DNA of 57,923 bases from a bacterium. Lineage in GTDB: Bacteria > Patescibacteriota > Minisyncoccia > UBA6257 > GWB1-50-10. Below are positions 36,079-46,373 of the stretch, piece by piece; the first letter of the stretch is position 1, and every line of letters begins with the position of its first letter. The notes under the pieces were generated by a model. The model made no database searches and had not been told where the DNA came from. It was given only the letters and a program-made list of their open reading frames with translations. The stretch is taken from contig JAKALR010000002.1 in assembly GCA_021824045.1 (NCBI GenBank), forward strand, positions 1-57,923. Reading direction: 5' to 3'. Both the position numbers and the translations under genes were made by a program.

Positions 36079-37557
36079 ATGCGGATCTTTGAATTGATCC
36101 CCGGTGCGGCCGCTTGGATCACCTTATTGGGTTTGATTTTTCTCTCCTGGAAATTGCCCCAAGTGGTGGTCATTTTTATATTGCTCTACGACCTGTATTG
36201 GCTGCTGAAGCTGTTTTACCTCTTTTTGCATCTCCGGTACGCCTTTTCGAAGACGAGAAAAAATCTGCGCACCGATTGGTTGCGGAAATTGAAGGCGGAA
36301 GGCTTGGATTGGGAAAGGATTCGTCATCTCGTCATTCTCCCCACGTACCGGGAGCCGTATGTGGTGGTCGAAAAAAGTTTCGCGAGTCTCGCGGCGGCAA
36401 ATTATCCCCAGGAGAACATGCTGGTCGTTCTGGCTTCCGAAGAGCGGGGCGGGGTGGGCGATCGGGAAACGGCGGCGAGAATCCGGGAAAAATTCGGCGG
36501 AGTGTTCGGCGGCTTTCTCCTGACGTTTCATCCGGCGGGCATCGCGGGCGAACTGCCGGGGAAGGGATCGAATGAAACCTGGGCCGCGCGGAGGGGAGTT
36601 GAAGAACTGATCGACCGGCGGGGAATCCCGCACGAAGATGTCATCGTCTCGGTTTTTGATGTGGATACGAGGACCGAAAAAGATTACTTCGGAGTCTTGT
36701 CCGATTCATTTCTCAGGGCCGAACATCCGCTCCACTCGAGCTATCAGCCGATACCGCTTTTTACGAATAATTTGAAAGAAACGAAATTTTTCGCCCGCCT
36801 CATCGGCTTCTCGTCGACGTTCTGGCAGTTGATGCAGTCGTCGCGGCCCGAACAGCTCGTCACCTTCTCGTCGCACAGCATTCCGCTCCCGGCTTTGATC
36901 GACGTCGGATTTTGGGAAACGAACCTCGTCTCCGAAGATTCGCGGATATTCTTCCAGTGCCTCGCGCATTACAACGGTGACTGGCGGACCGTGCCGCTCT
37001 TCTATCCGGTTTCCATGGACGCCGTGGTCGGCAAAACGTTCTGGGAATCGATGAAAAATCTCTACCGGCAGCAGCGGCGGTGGGCGTGGGGATCGGAAAA
37101 TTTTGCGTATCTCATGAGAGATCTTAAAAAGAATAATAAAATACCACGGAAGGTAAAACGGTTTTGGACGTGGACGATGTTCGACGGATTCTATTCGTGG
37201 TCGACCAGCTCATTTATCATATTCTTGTTCGGCCTCCTGCCGAACGTTTTGGGGAACGAACATTTCAAGAGTTCGCTTCTGTCGTATAACCTGCCGCGGA
37301 TGACCGGCATTATTTTGAATTTGAGTACCATCGGCATCATCGTGTCTGCGGTTTTGAGCCTGATTCTTATGGCTCCGCGGATTGAGGGCTTCAAGAAACG
37401 CCACTATCTCTACTATCTCGTTGAGTGGGCGCTGATGCCGCTTGTTTTCATCTTTTTTGGAGCGATTCCGGCCCTTGATGCCCAAACCAGACTGATGATC
37501 GGCGGCAAGGCGCGCCTCGGTTATTGGAGAACCCCCAAGGCGACAAAAAACAGTTAA
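36079..37557 (+). CDS. Family 2 glycosyltransferase, membrane-embedded (processive-type QxxRW)
   Basis: ILPTYREP, VFDVDT, and QQRRWAWG motifs, flanked by TM helices. Confidence 0.7.
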   Translation: MRIFELIPGAAAWITLLGLIFLSWKLPQVVVIFILLYDLYWLLKLFYLFLHLRYAFSKTRKNLRTDWLRKLKAEGLDWERIRHLVILPTYREPYVVVEKSFASLAAANYPQENMLVVLASEERGGVGDRETAARIREKFGGVFGGFLLTFHPAGIAGELPGKGSNETWAARRGVEELIDRRGIPHEDVIVSVFDVDTRTEKDYFGVLSDSFLRAEHPLHSSYQPIPLFTNNLKETKFFARLIGFSSTFWQLMQSSRPEQLVTFSSHSIPLPALIDVGFWETNLVSEDSRIFFQCLAHYNGDWRTVPLFYPVSMDAVVGKTFWESMKNLYRQQRRWAWGSENFAYLMRDLKKNNKIPRKVKRFWTWTMFDGFYSWSTSSFIIFLFGLLPNVLGNEHFKSSLLSYNLPRMTGIILNLSTIGIIVSAVLSLILMAPRIEGFKKRHYLYYLVEWALMPLVFIFFGAIPALDAQTRLMIGGKARLGYWRTPKATKNS

Positions 37558-37575
37558 CCCTTTCAATTTTGAACT

Positions 37576-38115
37576 ATGTCAGAATATGTCACCAGGGCCA
37601 TCGTTCTCGGCTTCCGGGACAGTAAGGAGCACGATAAAGTCTTCGATCTTTACACGGAAAGCTTCGGGAGAATACGGGTCAGGGCGCCGGGAGGAAGGAA
37701 GATCGTCTCAAAACTCTCTCCGCATTTGGATGTCATGAATCTCGCGACCGTGAAGGTGGTGGAGAAAAACGCGTTAACGCTGACCGACGCGATTCTGGAA
37801 AATAATTTTCAATCATTGAAGAGCAATCCCGTTTCCTTCGGGAAGGCGCTCCGGGCGCTCCGGGCGCTTTCGTTTCTCTCTCCGGAAGCCGTTCCCGATC
37901 AGACACTCTGGAATTTTCTTCTGGATTCGCTCGGCGCCGGAACAATGAATCCCGTCGAGATGGTCTCTGTTTTGGGATACGATCCCCGGCACGCTTCCTG
38001 CGAGCTGTGCGGCGGGAAAGACGTCGCGTTCTTCGACGAGGGGAATCAGGGATTCCTGTGCGAACCATGCAGTTCAAAAGTGAAGGGAAATCATTTACTA
38101 TATTTAGAACGGTGA
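37576..38115 (+). CDS. recO: DNA repair protein RecO (short)
   Basis: OB-fold N-terminus (AIVLGFRDSKEHDKVFDLYTESFGRIRVRAPG) and a C-terminal CxxC...CxxC. Confidence 0.75.
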   Translation: MSEYVTRAIVLGFRDSKEHDKVFDLYTESFGRIRVRAPGGRKIVSKLSPHLDVMNLATVKVVEKNALTLTDAILENNFQSLKSNPVSFGKALRALRALSFLSPEAVPDQTLWNFLLDSLGAGTMNPVEMVSVLGYDPRHASCELCGGKDVAFFDEGNQGFLCEPCSSKVKGNHLLYLER

Positions 38116-38124
38116 AAAATCTCC

Positions 38125-39924
38125 ATGTCCCTCTCCACCATAGAAAAAAGATTGAAAAAATATAAAAAATTCGGCGCGGCGAAAAGCGATTACCTGCCCG
38201 GTTGGCTCCGGAAGGTGCTCTGGGGGAGTATCGTCGTGGGACTCGCCGTCATCGTCGCGGGCGTCGCGTTCATTTTCTACTCCGTGAATCAGTCGAAGGG
38301 AGTCGATTTGGAGGTTTCGTCGCCGACCGACGTTTCGCGGGGCGTTCCCTTCGAACTCGATGTGAATATCACGAATCTGTCGGGCACTCCCGTCAATAAC
38401 TCGTCGCTCACCATCACCTTGCCCAGCGGACTGCTGCTGTGGGGTCCGTCGGTGAACGGGAGCGTTTATTCCGAGAGTATGGGGAACGTGGTTGCCGGGA
38501 ATTTGTACCGGAAGAATTATAAAGTTGTCGCGGTCGGCGATCTGCATTCCACGCAGACGCTCGAGGTTTCGTTCTCGTATTTCAACCAAACCGGAAGCCG
38601 CTTTGAAGTCAAGCAGGAAGTGCCCGTCACCATTACCGATTCGGTCATCGCCATGAGTGTTTCGAAGCCGGATCAGATTTTGAACGGATCGTCATTCTCT
38701 TTCAACGTCGATTACGCCAACAATTCCGATTTCGATTTTCCCAGCATGATTCTCGAGGCCGATTTTCCCAGCTCGTTCCAGTTCGATTCGTCGTCGATCC
38801 CGCCGGCGTCACTCGCGAACACCTTTGCGCTCGGCCCCGCACTCGCGAACGCGACGGGCACGATAGCCATCAAAGGTGAATTCGCCGATTCGAGCGTTTC
38901 TTCATTCACCATACCCCTGAAACTCTACGCAGTCCTGAACAACCAAAACTACGAAGTGGCCGACTACGATGCGACGTTTTCCCTCTCGCCGTCGCCGATC
39001 GGTATCAGTGTTTCCGTGAACGGTTCGGACAGCTATATCGCGAAGCCGGTAGATACGCTGAATTATTCCATTCAATACCTGAACCAGAGCGGCATTGCTC
39101 TCAAGGATGTCGTCGTGAAAGCGGTTTTGAGCGGTTTCGCGAATTGGTCGGATGTGAAGACCGACGGTGTCTACCATCCGTCGATGAGGACGGTCACCTG
39201 GGATTCGTCGACGACCCCCGCGCTCGGATTCGTTGAGCCGGGAGCGGTCGGGAATTTGAATCTGAACCTCACGACCAGCCTCAGCGCCCCAACGTCTCTC
39301 CAGGGATTGTCGAATAAAAATCTGTACGTCAAGGCGGACATTTCCTTGTCGTCGCCGTCGGTGCCCTATTACCTTTCAGGCAATCAAACGTTCGCCGAAA
39401 CGGTGAAGGAAACGAAAATCGCGAGCCTGATTTATTTCAACACGAAAGCGTACTTCCGCGACCCGGCCGGGAAAATAACAAACACAGGTTCCTTTCCTCC
39501 GGTTGCCGGCAGTCCGACGGAGTACACGGTCCATTGGCAAATCAGCGATTTCGGAAACGATCTGAGCGATGTGACGGTATCGGCCCCGCTCCCCCCGGGC
39601 GTTACGTTCACGGGAGTTTCTTCCAACACCGTCGCTTCGTCGTCGATTGCCTATGACACGTCGACCGAGAGTGTGGTGTGGAATATCGGGGACTTGTTTG
39701 CGGGGAGCGGTTTCTTGAACGGGCCAATCGAAGGAGTGTTCCAGATTGCGGCAACTCCCGACGCGGGCGGAGTCGGCTCCTATGAGAATCTTTTGGGAGC
39801 GAGTACGCTCCAGGCGACCGATAACTTCACGGGGGGCAGTGTGAATATCTCCAGTGATCCGGTAACGACGCTCCTGCCGGACGACCCGACGGTTGCTTCC
39901 GGCGGCGGAATCGTCGGCCAGTAG
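38125..39924 (+). CDS. Hypothetical large membrane-anchored extracellular protein (beta-rich, repetitive)
   Basis: 599 aa with an N-terminal TM. Ser/Thr/Asn/Val-rich repeats suggest stacked beta-sandwich domains. Confidence 0.55.
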   Translation: MSLSTIEKRLKKYKKFGAAKSDYLPGWLRKVLWGSIVVGLAVIVAGVAFIFYSVNQSKGVDLEVSSPTDVSRGVPFELDVNITNLSGTPVNNSSLTITLPSGLLLWGPSVNGSVYSESMGNVVAGNLYRKNYKVVAVGDLHSTQTLEVSFSYFNQTGSRFEVKQEVPVTITDSVIAMSVSKPDQILNGSSFSFNVDYANNSDFDFPSMILEADFPSSFQFDSSSIPPASLANTFALGPALANATGTIAIKGEFADSSVSSFTIPLKLYAVLNNQNYEVADYDATFSLSPSPIGISVSVNGSDSYIAKPVDTLNYSIQYLNQSGIALKDVVVKAVLSGFANWSDVKTDGVYHPSMRTVTWDSSTTPALGFVEPGAVGNLNLNLTTSLSAPTSLQGLSNKNLYVKADISLSSPSVPYYLSGNQTFAETVKETKIASLIYFNTKAYFRDPAGKITNTGSFPPVAGSPTEYTVHWQISDFGNDLSDVTVSAPLPPGVTFTGVSSNTVASSSIAYDTSTESVVWNIGDLFAGSGFLNGPIEGVFQIAATPDAGGVGSYENLLGASTLQATDNFTGGSVNISSDPVTTLLPDDPTVASGGGIVGQ

Positions 39925-39975
39925 AGCCGCTTATTGGCGGATTTTTATTTTTCATGTACCATTGAGTAAATGGAT

Positions 39976-40078
39976 CCCGTTAGAAATAAACACGCAATTT
40001 ATTTATATCGTTATTATGAATCGGTTCAATGCAACAGCTTTTCCAGTCGGCCGAGTTATTTAGTTTATTTCTAACGGG
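39976..40078 (+). mobile_element. Family-1 TIR element, subtype A (103 bp), abutting the glyQS start
   Basis: The 16 bp TIRs are identical to those of copy 3689-3791. ATGGAT is present at 39970-39975 and 40079-40084. Confidence 0.8.
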
Positions 40079-41416
40079 ATGGATATTGGGGAAAAAATAA
40101 CTGCTCTCGCGAAGCGCCGGGGGTTCGTATACCCGGGTTCCGAGATCTACGGCGGGCTTGCCGGCACGTGGGATTACGGGCCTTTGGGCGTCGAATTGAA
40201 GCGCAATTTGAAGAACGAGTTTTGGAAATCGATGGTGCAGGAGCGGAGCGATATCGTGGGACTCGACGCCGCGATCATCATGAGCCCGAAGGTGTGGGAA
40301 GCCTCCGGCCACTTGACGTCGTTTTCCGATCCGCTCGTCGAGTGCAAAAAATGCCATCACCGTTTCCGCGCTGATACCCTGATTTCTAAACCCGGAACCC
40401 CAAACCCTGTGGCTTGCCCCGATTGCGGCGGGGAACTCACCGCCCCCAAGCAGTTCAATTTGATGGTGGAAACCTATCTCGGCGTCATTGAGGGAGAAAA
40501 ACTGAAGACATATCTCCGGGGAGAGATTACGCAAGGCGTGCACGTCAATTTCAAAAACATCCTCTCGTCCACGCGCGTCAAAATTCCCTTCGGCGTCGCG
40601 CAAATCGGCAAAGCATTCCGGAACGAGATAACACCCGGCGGTTTCACGTTCCGATCGCGCGAGTTCGAACAAATGGAACTCCAGTACTATGTGAAGCCGG
40701 ACATGAAGGAATCCATGAAGCAGTTTGAGTATTGGAAAAAGGAAAGGATGGCTTGGTATGTCTCGCTCGGCATGAAGAAGGGGAACTTGCGGTTCAAGGA
40801 GCATGCCAAGGACGAGTTGGCGCATTATGCAAAAGCCGCTTTTGATATCGAGTACTATGCCGAAGGGGAATGGAAAGAAATGGAAGGAATCCACCACCGC
40901 GGCGACTGGGACGTGCGGCGCCACCAGGAGTTTTCGGGCGAGGATATGACGTACCTCGACGAAGAGGCCAAGGAAAAATTCCTTCCCTTCATCATTGAAA
41001 CATCCGGCGGCGTCGATCGGGCGGCGCTCTTCTTCCTCATGGACGCCTATGAAGAGGAAAAAACAAAAGATGGGGAAACGAGGACGGTGCTCCATTTGCA
41101 TCCCAAGCTTGCGCCGTACAAAGTTGCCGTGTTTCCGCTCTTGGCGAATAAACCAAAGCTCGTCGACGTCGCAAGGAAAATTTATGACGATCTGAAAAAA
41201 GATATGATGGTTGCCTGGGACGACCGGGGGAACATCGGCAAGCGGTACCGCGCGCAGGACGAAGCCGGTACCCCCTATTGCGTTACCGTCGATTTCGACA
41301 GTTTGGAAAGTCCGCCGGCCGGCGGAGATGTCACGGTCCGCGACCGCGATACCATGAAACAGGAACGGGTGAAGATTAAGGCACTCGGCGATTATTTGAA
41401 AGAAAAATTAATATAA
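40079..41416 (+). CDS. glyQS: Glycine--tRNA ligase (dimeric class II type)
   Basis: RRGFVYPGSEIYGG, FRNEITPG..FRSREFEQME, and GGVDRAALFFL. Confidence 0.93.
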   Translation: MDIGEKITALAKRRGFVYPGSEIYGGLAGTWDYGPLGVELKRNLKNEFWKSMVQERSDIVGLDAAIIMSPKVWEASGHLTSFSDPLVECKKCHHRFRADTLISKPGTPNPVACPDCGGELTAPKQFNLMVETYLGVIEGEKLKTYLRGEITQGVHVNFKNILSSTRVKIPFGVAQIGKAFRNEITPGGFTFRSREFEQMELQYYVKPDMKESMKQFEYWKKERMAWYVSLGMKKGNLRFKEHAKDELAHYAKAAFDIEYYAEGEWKEMEGIHHRGDWDVRRHQEFSGEDMTYLDEEAKEKFLPFIIETSGGVDRAALFFLMDAYEEEKTKDGETRTVLHLHPKLAPYKVAVFPLLANKPKLVDVARKIYDDLKKDMMVAWDDRGNIGKRYRAQDEAGTPYCVTVDFDSLESPPAGGDVTVRDRDTMKQERVKIKALGDYLKEKLI

Positions 41417-41421
41417 AACAA

Positions 41422-42690
41422 ATGACAAAACCGCAGAAATTCAAGTTGAAGAACGGTCTCCGGGTGATTTTGGTGCCGGAGCCGCAGAACCTGACGACGA
41501 CCGTCATGGTTTCCGTCGAAGCCGGTTCGGAATACGAGACAAAGAATATCAACGGCCTCTCGCATTTCCTGGAGCACATGTGCTTCAAGGGGACGCACAA
41601 GCGGCCGACGGCGATGGATATCGCTTCCGAGCTCGACGGGCTCGGGGCTCAGTACAACGCATTCACGTCCCAGGAGTTCACGAGTTACTACGCCAAGGCG
41701 AAGAACGAAAATGCCGGCGAGATACTGGACGTTGTCGCCGATATGTATCTGGACCCGACGTTCGAACACGGCGAGATAGAGAAAGAACGCGGCGTCATTA
41801 TTCAAGAGCTCAATATGTACGAAGACACCCCCATGCGGAAGGTGGCAGATCTCTTCATGGATGTCGTCTACGGCGATCAGCCGGCCGGATGGGATATCGG
41901 CGGAAGCAAGGACGTTATCAGGAAACTTACCCGGGATGATTTCGTCAAGTATCGAAGTAAGCACTACCTCCCGCAATCGACAGTCGTGACGATTTCCGGC
42001 GGCCGCGCGACGAAAGAATTATTGCAGAAAGCCGAAGGGTACTTCAAGGAATTGCCGAGCGGGAAAAAGGGGACGAAGCCGAAAACGAAAGAATCGCAAA
42101 AAAAGCCGGCGGAACTCGTCTCGTTCAAGGATGTTGATCAATCACATTTGGTTTTGGGATTCAGGGCATTCGATGTGTACGACGAGCGGAAATATGCCCT
42201 GCAGGTTGCCGCCGATATCCTGGGCGGCGGCATGAGCTCGCGGCTGTTCCAGAAGGTGCGGGAAGAACTCGGCGCCGCGTATTACGTGCGGGCCGACGCA
42301 GACCTTTATCTCGACCACGGCCTCTTTGCAATGGCTGCCGGCGTGGAGCATGAGAAAATCGACATGGTATTGAAAGCGACGTTGAAAGAATTTGACCGGT
42401 TGAAAGAAGAAAAAGTTGGCATTCAGGAATTGAAGCGCGCCAAGGAACATCTGATCGGGAATTTATTCATGTCCCTCGAAGGATCCGATGAGCTGGGATC
42501 CTTCTACGCGGCCCAGGAGATCTTTGGTTTAAAACTCTCGACGCCGCAGGAATTCGCGAAAAAGATCGACCGGGTGACGATAGATCAAATCCAAAGCGTT
42601 CTGCGGCAGATTGTGAAGAGGAATCGGCTGAACTTGGCCGTCATCGGACCCTTTAAGAAACGCAGTTTTCTTGATATATTAAAAGGGTGA
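41422..42690 (+). CDS. M16-family (pitrilysin-like) zinc peptidase
   Basis: HFLEHMCFKGT (HxxEH inverted zinc motif). 422 aa. Confidence 0.88.
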   Translation: MTKPQKFKLKNGLRVILVPEPQNLTTTVMVSVEAGSEYETKNINGLSHFLEHMCFKGTHKRPTAMDIASELDGLGAQYNAFTSQEFTSYYAKAKNENAGEILDVVADMYLDPTFEHGEIEKERGVIIQELNMYEDTPMRKVADLFMDVVYGDQPAGWDIGGSKDVIRKLTRDDFVKYRSKHYLPQSTVVTISGGRATKELLQKAEGYFKELPSGKKGTKPKTKESQKKPAELVSFKDVDQSHLVLGFRAFDVYDERKYALQVAADILGGGMSSRLFQKVREELGAAYYVRADADLYLDHGLFAMAAGVEHEKIDMVLKATLKEFDRLKEEKVGIQELKRAKEHLIGNLFMSLEGSDELGSFYAAQEIFGLKLSTPQEFAKKIDRVTIDQIQSVLRQIVKRNRLNLAVIGPFKKRSFLDILKG

Positions 42691-42832
42691 CCAGGTAGTA
42701 GAAATGCGATAAGATTAAATTCAAATCGTGCTTAATGCCTGGATTACCAAACAATGGAAAGGTCTTCAATTCATGATTTGTGTTTGCAAGCGAATTTAAT
42801 CACGATTTGCAATCGCATTTTCACTAACCTGG
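42691..42832. mobile_element. Family-2 inverted-repeat element (142 bp) with 5 bp GGTGA target-site duplication
   Basis: Ends are CCAGGTAGTAGAAATGCGAT ... ATCGCATTTTCACTAACCTGG. GGTGA is present at 42686-42690 and 42833-42837. Confidence 0.75.
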
Positions 42833-42833
42833 G

Positions 42834-43865
42834 GTGAGTCAGTCACCGCAAAAATTAGAAGTCAGCTGGACGGCGCTCTGGCGTGTTTTCATTTTCGTTG
42901 GATTCGGACTCCTCTTGTATTTCGCGCGGGACGCTTTCGCGGTCTTTCTCGTCGGCGTCGTTTTGTCGCTTGGCATGGAACCAGTCGTCGGTTTTTTGAG
43001 CGATAAGTTGAAACTGGGGAGGATTCTCGGCACGATCGCCGTTTTCTTCCTCTCGGTTTCTTTCGTGGGCCTCTTCCTCTATCTCATCATTCCCGTCCTC
43101 ATTGTCGAATTTACCGGCTTCGTCGCGCGGCTGAACCAGATCATCCCCACGCTGCCGGGGATCAAGTTCGTGCTCCCTTCCGTTCAAAACGTCCAATCGG
43201 GATTGGGCCAGATCTCCACGTTCCTCTCATCGGTTAATTTTTCCGTCACGGCGACATTTTGGTCGCTCATCACGAATATCGTTCTCGTTTTCTCCGCCAT
43301 CATCGTCACGCTGTACCTGTCGGTGGAACGGCATGGCGCCGAGCGGATGCTCGAAGTCATCCTGCCCGACTCCTACGAACGTTCGGTGATGACCGTTTTC
43401 AAGAATTATGAGCAGAAGATGAGGAGATGGTTCGCGACTCAGCTGACCTTGAGCATTTTCGTCGGCACAGCCGTTTTTCTCGGTATGTTTATGATTGGTG
43501 TCAGATATCCGATTCTCTTGGGCGTTATCGCCGGCGTTTTGGAGATCGTGCCGATCGTCGGTCCAATCATCACGGGACTTCTGGCGTTCGTCATTGCCGC
43601 ATCAGATTCCGTCAGTATCGCCATCTACGCGGTTGTCTTCTTTCTGCTCGTTCAACAGCTGGAAAACCATGTTTTAATACCGCTCTTCGTCGGCAAAGGT
43701 ATGCGGGTGCACCCCGTGATTGTCCTAGTCTCGGTTCTCGCGGGAGGCGAGATTGCCGGATTCACGGGGGTGCTCCTTTCAGTGCCCATCGCGGTCCTCG
43801 TTCAGGAGATCTTCAACTACCTCGCCGAGCGCAAATCGAAGCGGCTGGAATTAGACCTTGAGTAA
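42834..43865 (+). CDS. AI-2E family transporter (PerM-like)
   Basis: 343 aa, polytopic, GTG start. The C-terminal LSVPIAV.. region is typical of the family. Confidence 0.8.
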   Translation: MSQSPQKLEVSWTALWRVFIFVGFGLLLYFARDAFAVFLVGVVLSLGMEPVVGFLSDKLKLGRILGTIAVFFLSVSFVGLFLYLIIPVLIVEFTGFVARLNQIIPTLPGIKFVLPSVQNVQSGLGQISTFLSSVNFSVTATFWSLITNIVLVFSAIIVTLYLSVERHGAERMLEVILPDSYERSVMTVFKNYEQKMRRWFATQLTLSIFVGTAVFLGMFMIGVRYPILLGVIAGVLEIVPIVGPIITGLLAFVIAASDSVSIAIYAVVFFLLVQQLENHVLIPLFVGKGMRVHPVIVLVSVLAGGEIAGFTGVLLSVPIAVLVQEIFNYLAERKSKRLELDLE

Positions 43866-45353
43866 ATGGACAAAAAGAACTTTTATCTTACCACCACACT
43901 CCCGTATGTGAATGCGGCGCCGCACATCGGTTTTGCCCTGGAACTCGTCCAGGCGGACATTATCGCTCGCTGCCGCAGAAAAGCGGGCGATGATGTCGTC
44001 TTCAATACCGGCACGGATGAGCACGGGCAGAAGATCTATCAAAACGCCGAGAAGGAAGGGAAAAACGTGCGGGACTACGTGCGGGAGAATGCCGAGAAGT
44101 TCAGAGAGCTGGCGGAGAAGCTCGACATCAGCTTCACGAATTTCATCCGGACGACCGATGAGTCTCACATGAAAGCAGCGCAGGAGTTTTGGCGTCGGTG
44201 CGACGCGACGGGAGATATCTACAAGAAGAACTACCAAATAAAATATTGCGTCGGATGCGAGTTGGAAAAAACGGAATCCGAACTCGTGGACGGCAGGTGC
44301 CCAATCCATCCGAATATGAAGCTTGAAATCATCGAGGAAGAGAACTATTTCTTCCGGTTTTCAAAATACCAAAACCAACTTCTTGAATTGTACGAGAAGT
44401 ATCCGGATTTCATCGTGCCGGCCCACCGGCTGACGGAAATGAGGAATTTCGTCACGGCGGGACTCCAGGATTTCAGCATTTCACGCCTGAAGAGCAAGAT
44501 GCCGTGGGGCGTGCCGGTGCCGGGCGACGACAACCAGGTGATGTATGTCTGGTTCGATGCGCTCGTCAATTACGTTTCGACGCTCGGCTGGCCCCCCTCC
44601 GCCGAGGCTACGGAGGGCAAACTGTCCCCATTTGAGAGATTTTGGGGGACGAAAGAACATCCGAACGCTTTCCAGGTCGCGGGCAAGGATAATTTACGCC
44701 AGCAGGCGGCAATATGGCAGGCAATGCTTCTGTCGGCCGGCCTTCCGACGTCGCGGCAAATTTTAATCCACGGGTTTATCAACTCAAACGGCCAAAAAAT
44801 GTCAAAGAGCTTGGGAAACGTCGTCGACCCGTTCGAGGTCATCGCAAAATACGGCACGGACGCTCTCCGCTTCTGGCTCGCGCACGACTTAAATCCTTTT
44901 GAAGACGGTGATTTTACGTGGGACAAGTTCAAGGAAAGTTACAATGCCCATCTTGCAAACGGCTTAGGTAATTTCGCTGCGCGCGTTTTGACGCTCGGAG
45001 AGAAAACAAAGATTGACCGTTTAATGTCCTTAACTCCGGTTGTGGATCAGAACATTTCTCAAGCAAGGCGAACGGTGGAAGAAAAAACGGGGGTATATAA
45101 ATTCAATGAAGCATTGGAAGCAATCACAAATCTCGTTTCATTTGGAGACGCTTACGTGAACGAAAAAAAACCGTGGGAAACGTCGGATATCGCGGTGCTA
45201 TTCGACTTGATATCCATTTTAGATAACGTTGCGGCGATGCTCGAACCCTTCTTGCCGGGAACGGCTCAAAAGATAACGAAGAACATTCAGTGGGACAAGA
45301 GCGGCACGGTGAAAGTAAAGAAGGGAGAAATTCTTTTTCCGCGGATCAAATGA
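43866..45353 (+). CDS. metG: Methionine--tRNA ligase
   Basis: [14 protein letters not shown] (HIGH-type), KMSKSLGN, and a CxxC...C..H knuckle. Confidence 0.93.
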   Translation: MDKKNFYLTTTLPYVNAAPHIGFALELVQADIIARCRRKAGDDVVFNTGTDEHGQKIYQNAEKEGKNVRDYVRENAEKFRELAEKLDISFTNFIRTTDESHMKAAQEFWRRCDATGDIYKKNYQIKYCVGCELEKTESELVDGRCPIHPNMKLEIIEEENYFFRFSKYQNQLLELYEKYPDFIVPAHRLTEMRNFVTAGLQDFSISRLKSKMPWGVPVPGDDNQVMYVWFDALVNYVSTLGWPPSAEATEGKLSPFERFWGTKEHPNAFQVAGKDNLRQQAAIWQAMLLSAGLPTSRQILIHGFINSNGQKMSKSLGNVVDPFEVIAKYGTDALRFWLAHDLNPFEDGDFTWDKFKESYNAHLANGLGNFAARVLTLGEKTKIDRLMSLTPVVDQNISQARRTVEEKTGVYKFNEALEAITNLVSFGDAYVNEKKPWETSDIAVLFDLISILDNVAAMLEPFLPGTAQKITKNIQWDKSGTVKVKKGEILFPRIK

Positions 45354-45354
45354 T

Positions 45355-46296
45355 ATGGAGGTAAAATTTTTCGATGCACACACGCACGCCCATTTCGCCG
45401 CGTTCAAAGATGATTATAGAGAAACAATCCGCCGGGCGCTCGTCACCGGTATTGGCTTGGTGAACGTGGGAACCCAGCGGGACACGTCGCGCCGCGCCGT
45501 CGAGGTAGCGCATGAATTCGAGAACGAGCCGGTTTATGCCGCGATAGGTCTCCACCCTATCCATACCGCGAAGTCGCATCACGACGAGAACGAACTCGGC
45601 GGCGGCGAATCGGCGAAAGCGTTTACGAGCCGGGGCGAAGAGTTCGATTATGAGTATTACAAAAAGCTGGCACTCGATCCGAAGACAGTCGCAATTGGGG
45701 AATGCGGACTCGACTATGCCGCTTTTGTCCGCGAGGAACACGAGCGGCTACAAAAGCGAGCATCCGCCGAAGCCTCGCGCGAAGGCGGATTAACTGATGA
45801 TGAGATAAAACTACGGAAGGAAAAACAAATCGTTGCCTTCATTGAGCAAATAAAACTGGCGCATGATGTCGGGAAACCCCTGATGATCCATTGCCGGGAC
45901 GCCTTTAAGGATTTAATCGATATGCTCACCGCTAATCACCAAATACTGAATACCAATAACCCCGGTATCATTCACTTCTTCACCGGGACGACGGACGACG
46001 CGAAAAAACTTTTGGATTTAGGATTCAGTTTCACATTCGGCGGCACGGTGACGTACCCGCCGAAGGCCGGGATGCCGGACTATAGAGCGCTCGTAAAATA
46101 CCTCCCCCCCGACCGGATCCTCTCGGAAACCGACGCGCCGTACGTCGCTCCCGTCCCGCACCGGGGGAAGCGGAACGAACCCGCATACGTCGTGGAAACG
46201 GTGAAGAAACTTGCTGAGATTAAAGGAATTTCCCTCGAAGCAATGGCGGGGCAGATTTTGAAAAACGCGGAGCGGATTTTCGGAATACAAAAATAA
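45355..46296 (+). CDS. tatD: TatD-family metal-dependent hydrolase
   Basis: FFDAHTHAHF, GECGLDY, IHCRDA, and SETDAPY. Confidence 0.88.
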   Translation: MEVKFFDAHTHAHFAAFKDDYRETIRRALVTGIGLVNVGTQRDTSRRAVEVAHEFENEPVYAAIGLHPIHTAKSHHDENELGGGESAKAFTSRGEEFDYEYYKKLALDPKTVAIGECGLDYAAFVREEHERLQKRASAEASREGGLTDDEIKLRKEKQIVAFIEQIKLAHDVGKPLMIHCRDAFKDLIDMLTANHQILNTNNPGIIHFFTGTTDDAKKLLDLGFSFTFGGTVTYPPKAGMPDYRALVKYLPPDRILSETDAPYVAPVPHRGKRNEPAYVVETVKKLAEIKGISLEAMAGQILKNAERIFGIQK

Positions 46297-46373
46297 AAAA
46301 GCGACGTATTACTACGCCGCTCAATTGCTTATTCCTCACTACTTGCCGACTTTTCCCGGTCGGTACGGTTTTA

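Noticed and set aside
3689-40078. Whether the recurring CCCGTTAGAAA repeats are a CRISPR array or CRISPR remnants.
   Set aside because: The repeats occur as inverted pairs about 100 bp apart at dispersed loci. They are not direct repeats with regular spacer lengths, and no cas genes are present.
39980-41101. Long antisense ORFs opposite well-supported genes, for example 39980-41101 (-) opposite glyQS, 136-831 (-), 11846-12535 (-), 12676-13554 (-), 21037-22152 (+), 28214-29077 (-), 29825-30679 (-), 49342-50358 (-) and 48580-49305 (-).
   Set aside because: They are shadow ORFs. They have Arg/Gly/Pro/His-rich low-complexity translations and no motifs. Each is fully overlapped by a gene with strong family signatures on the other strand.
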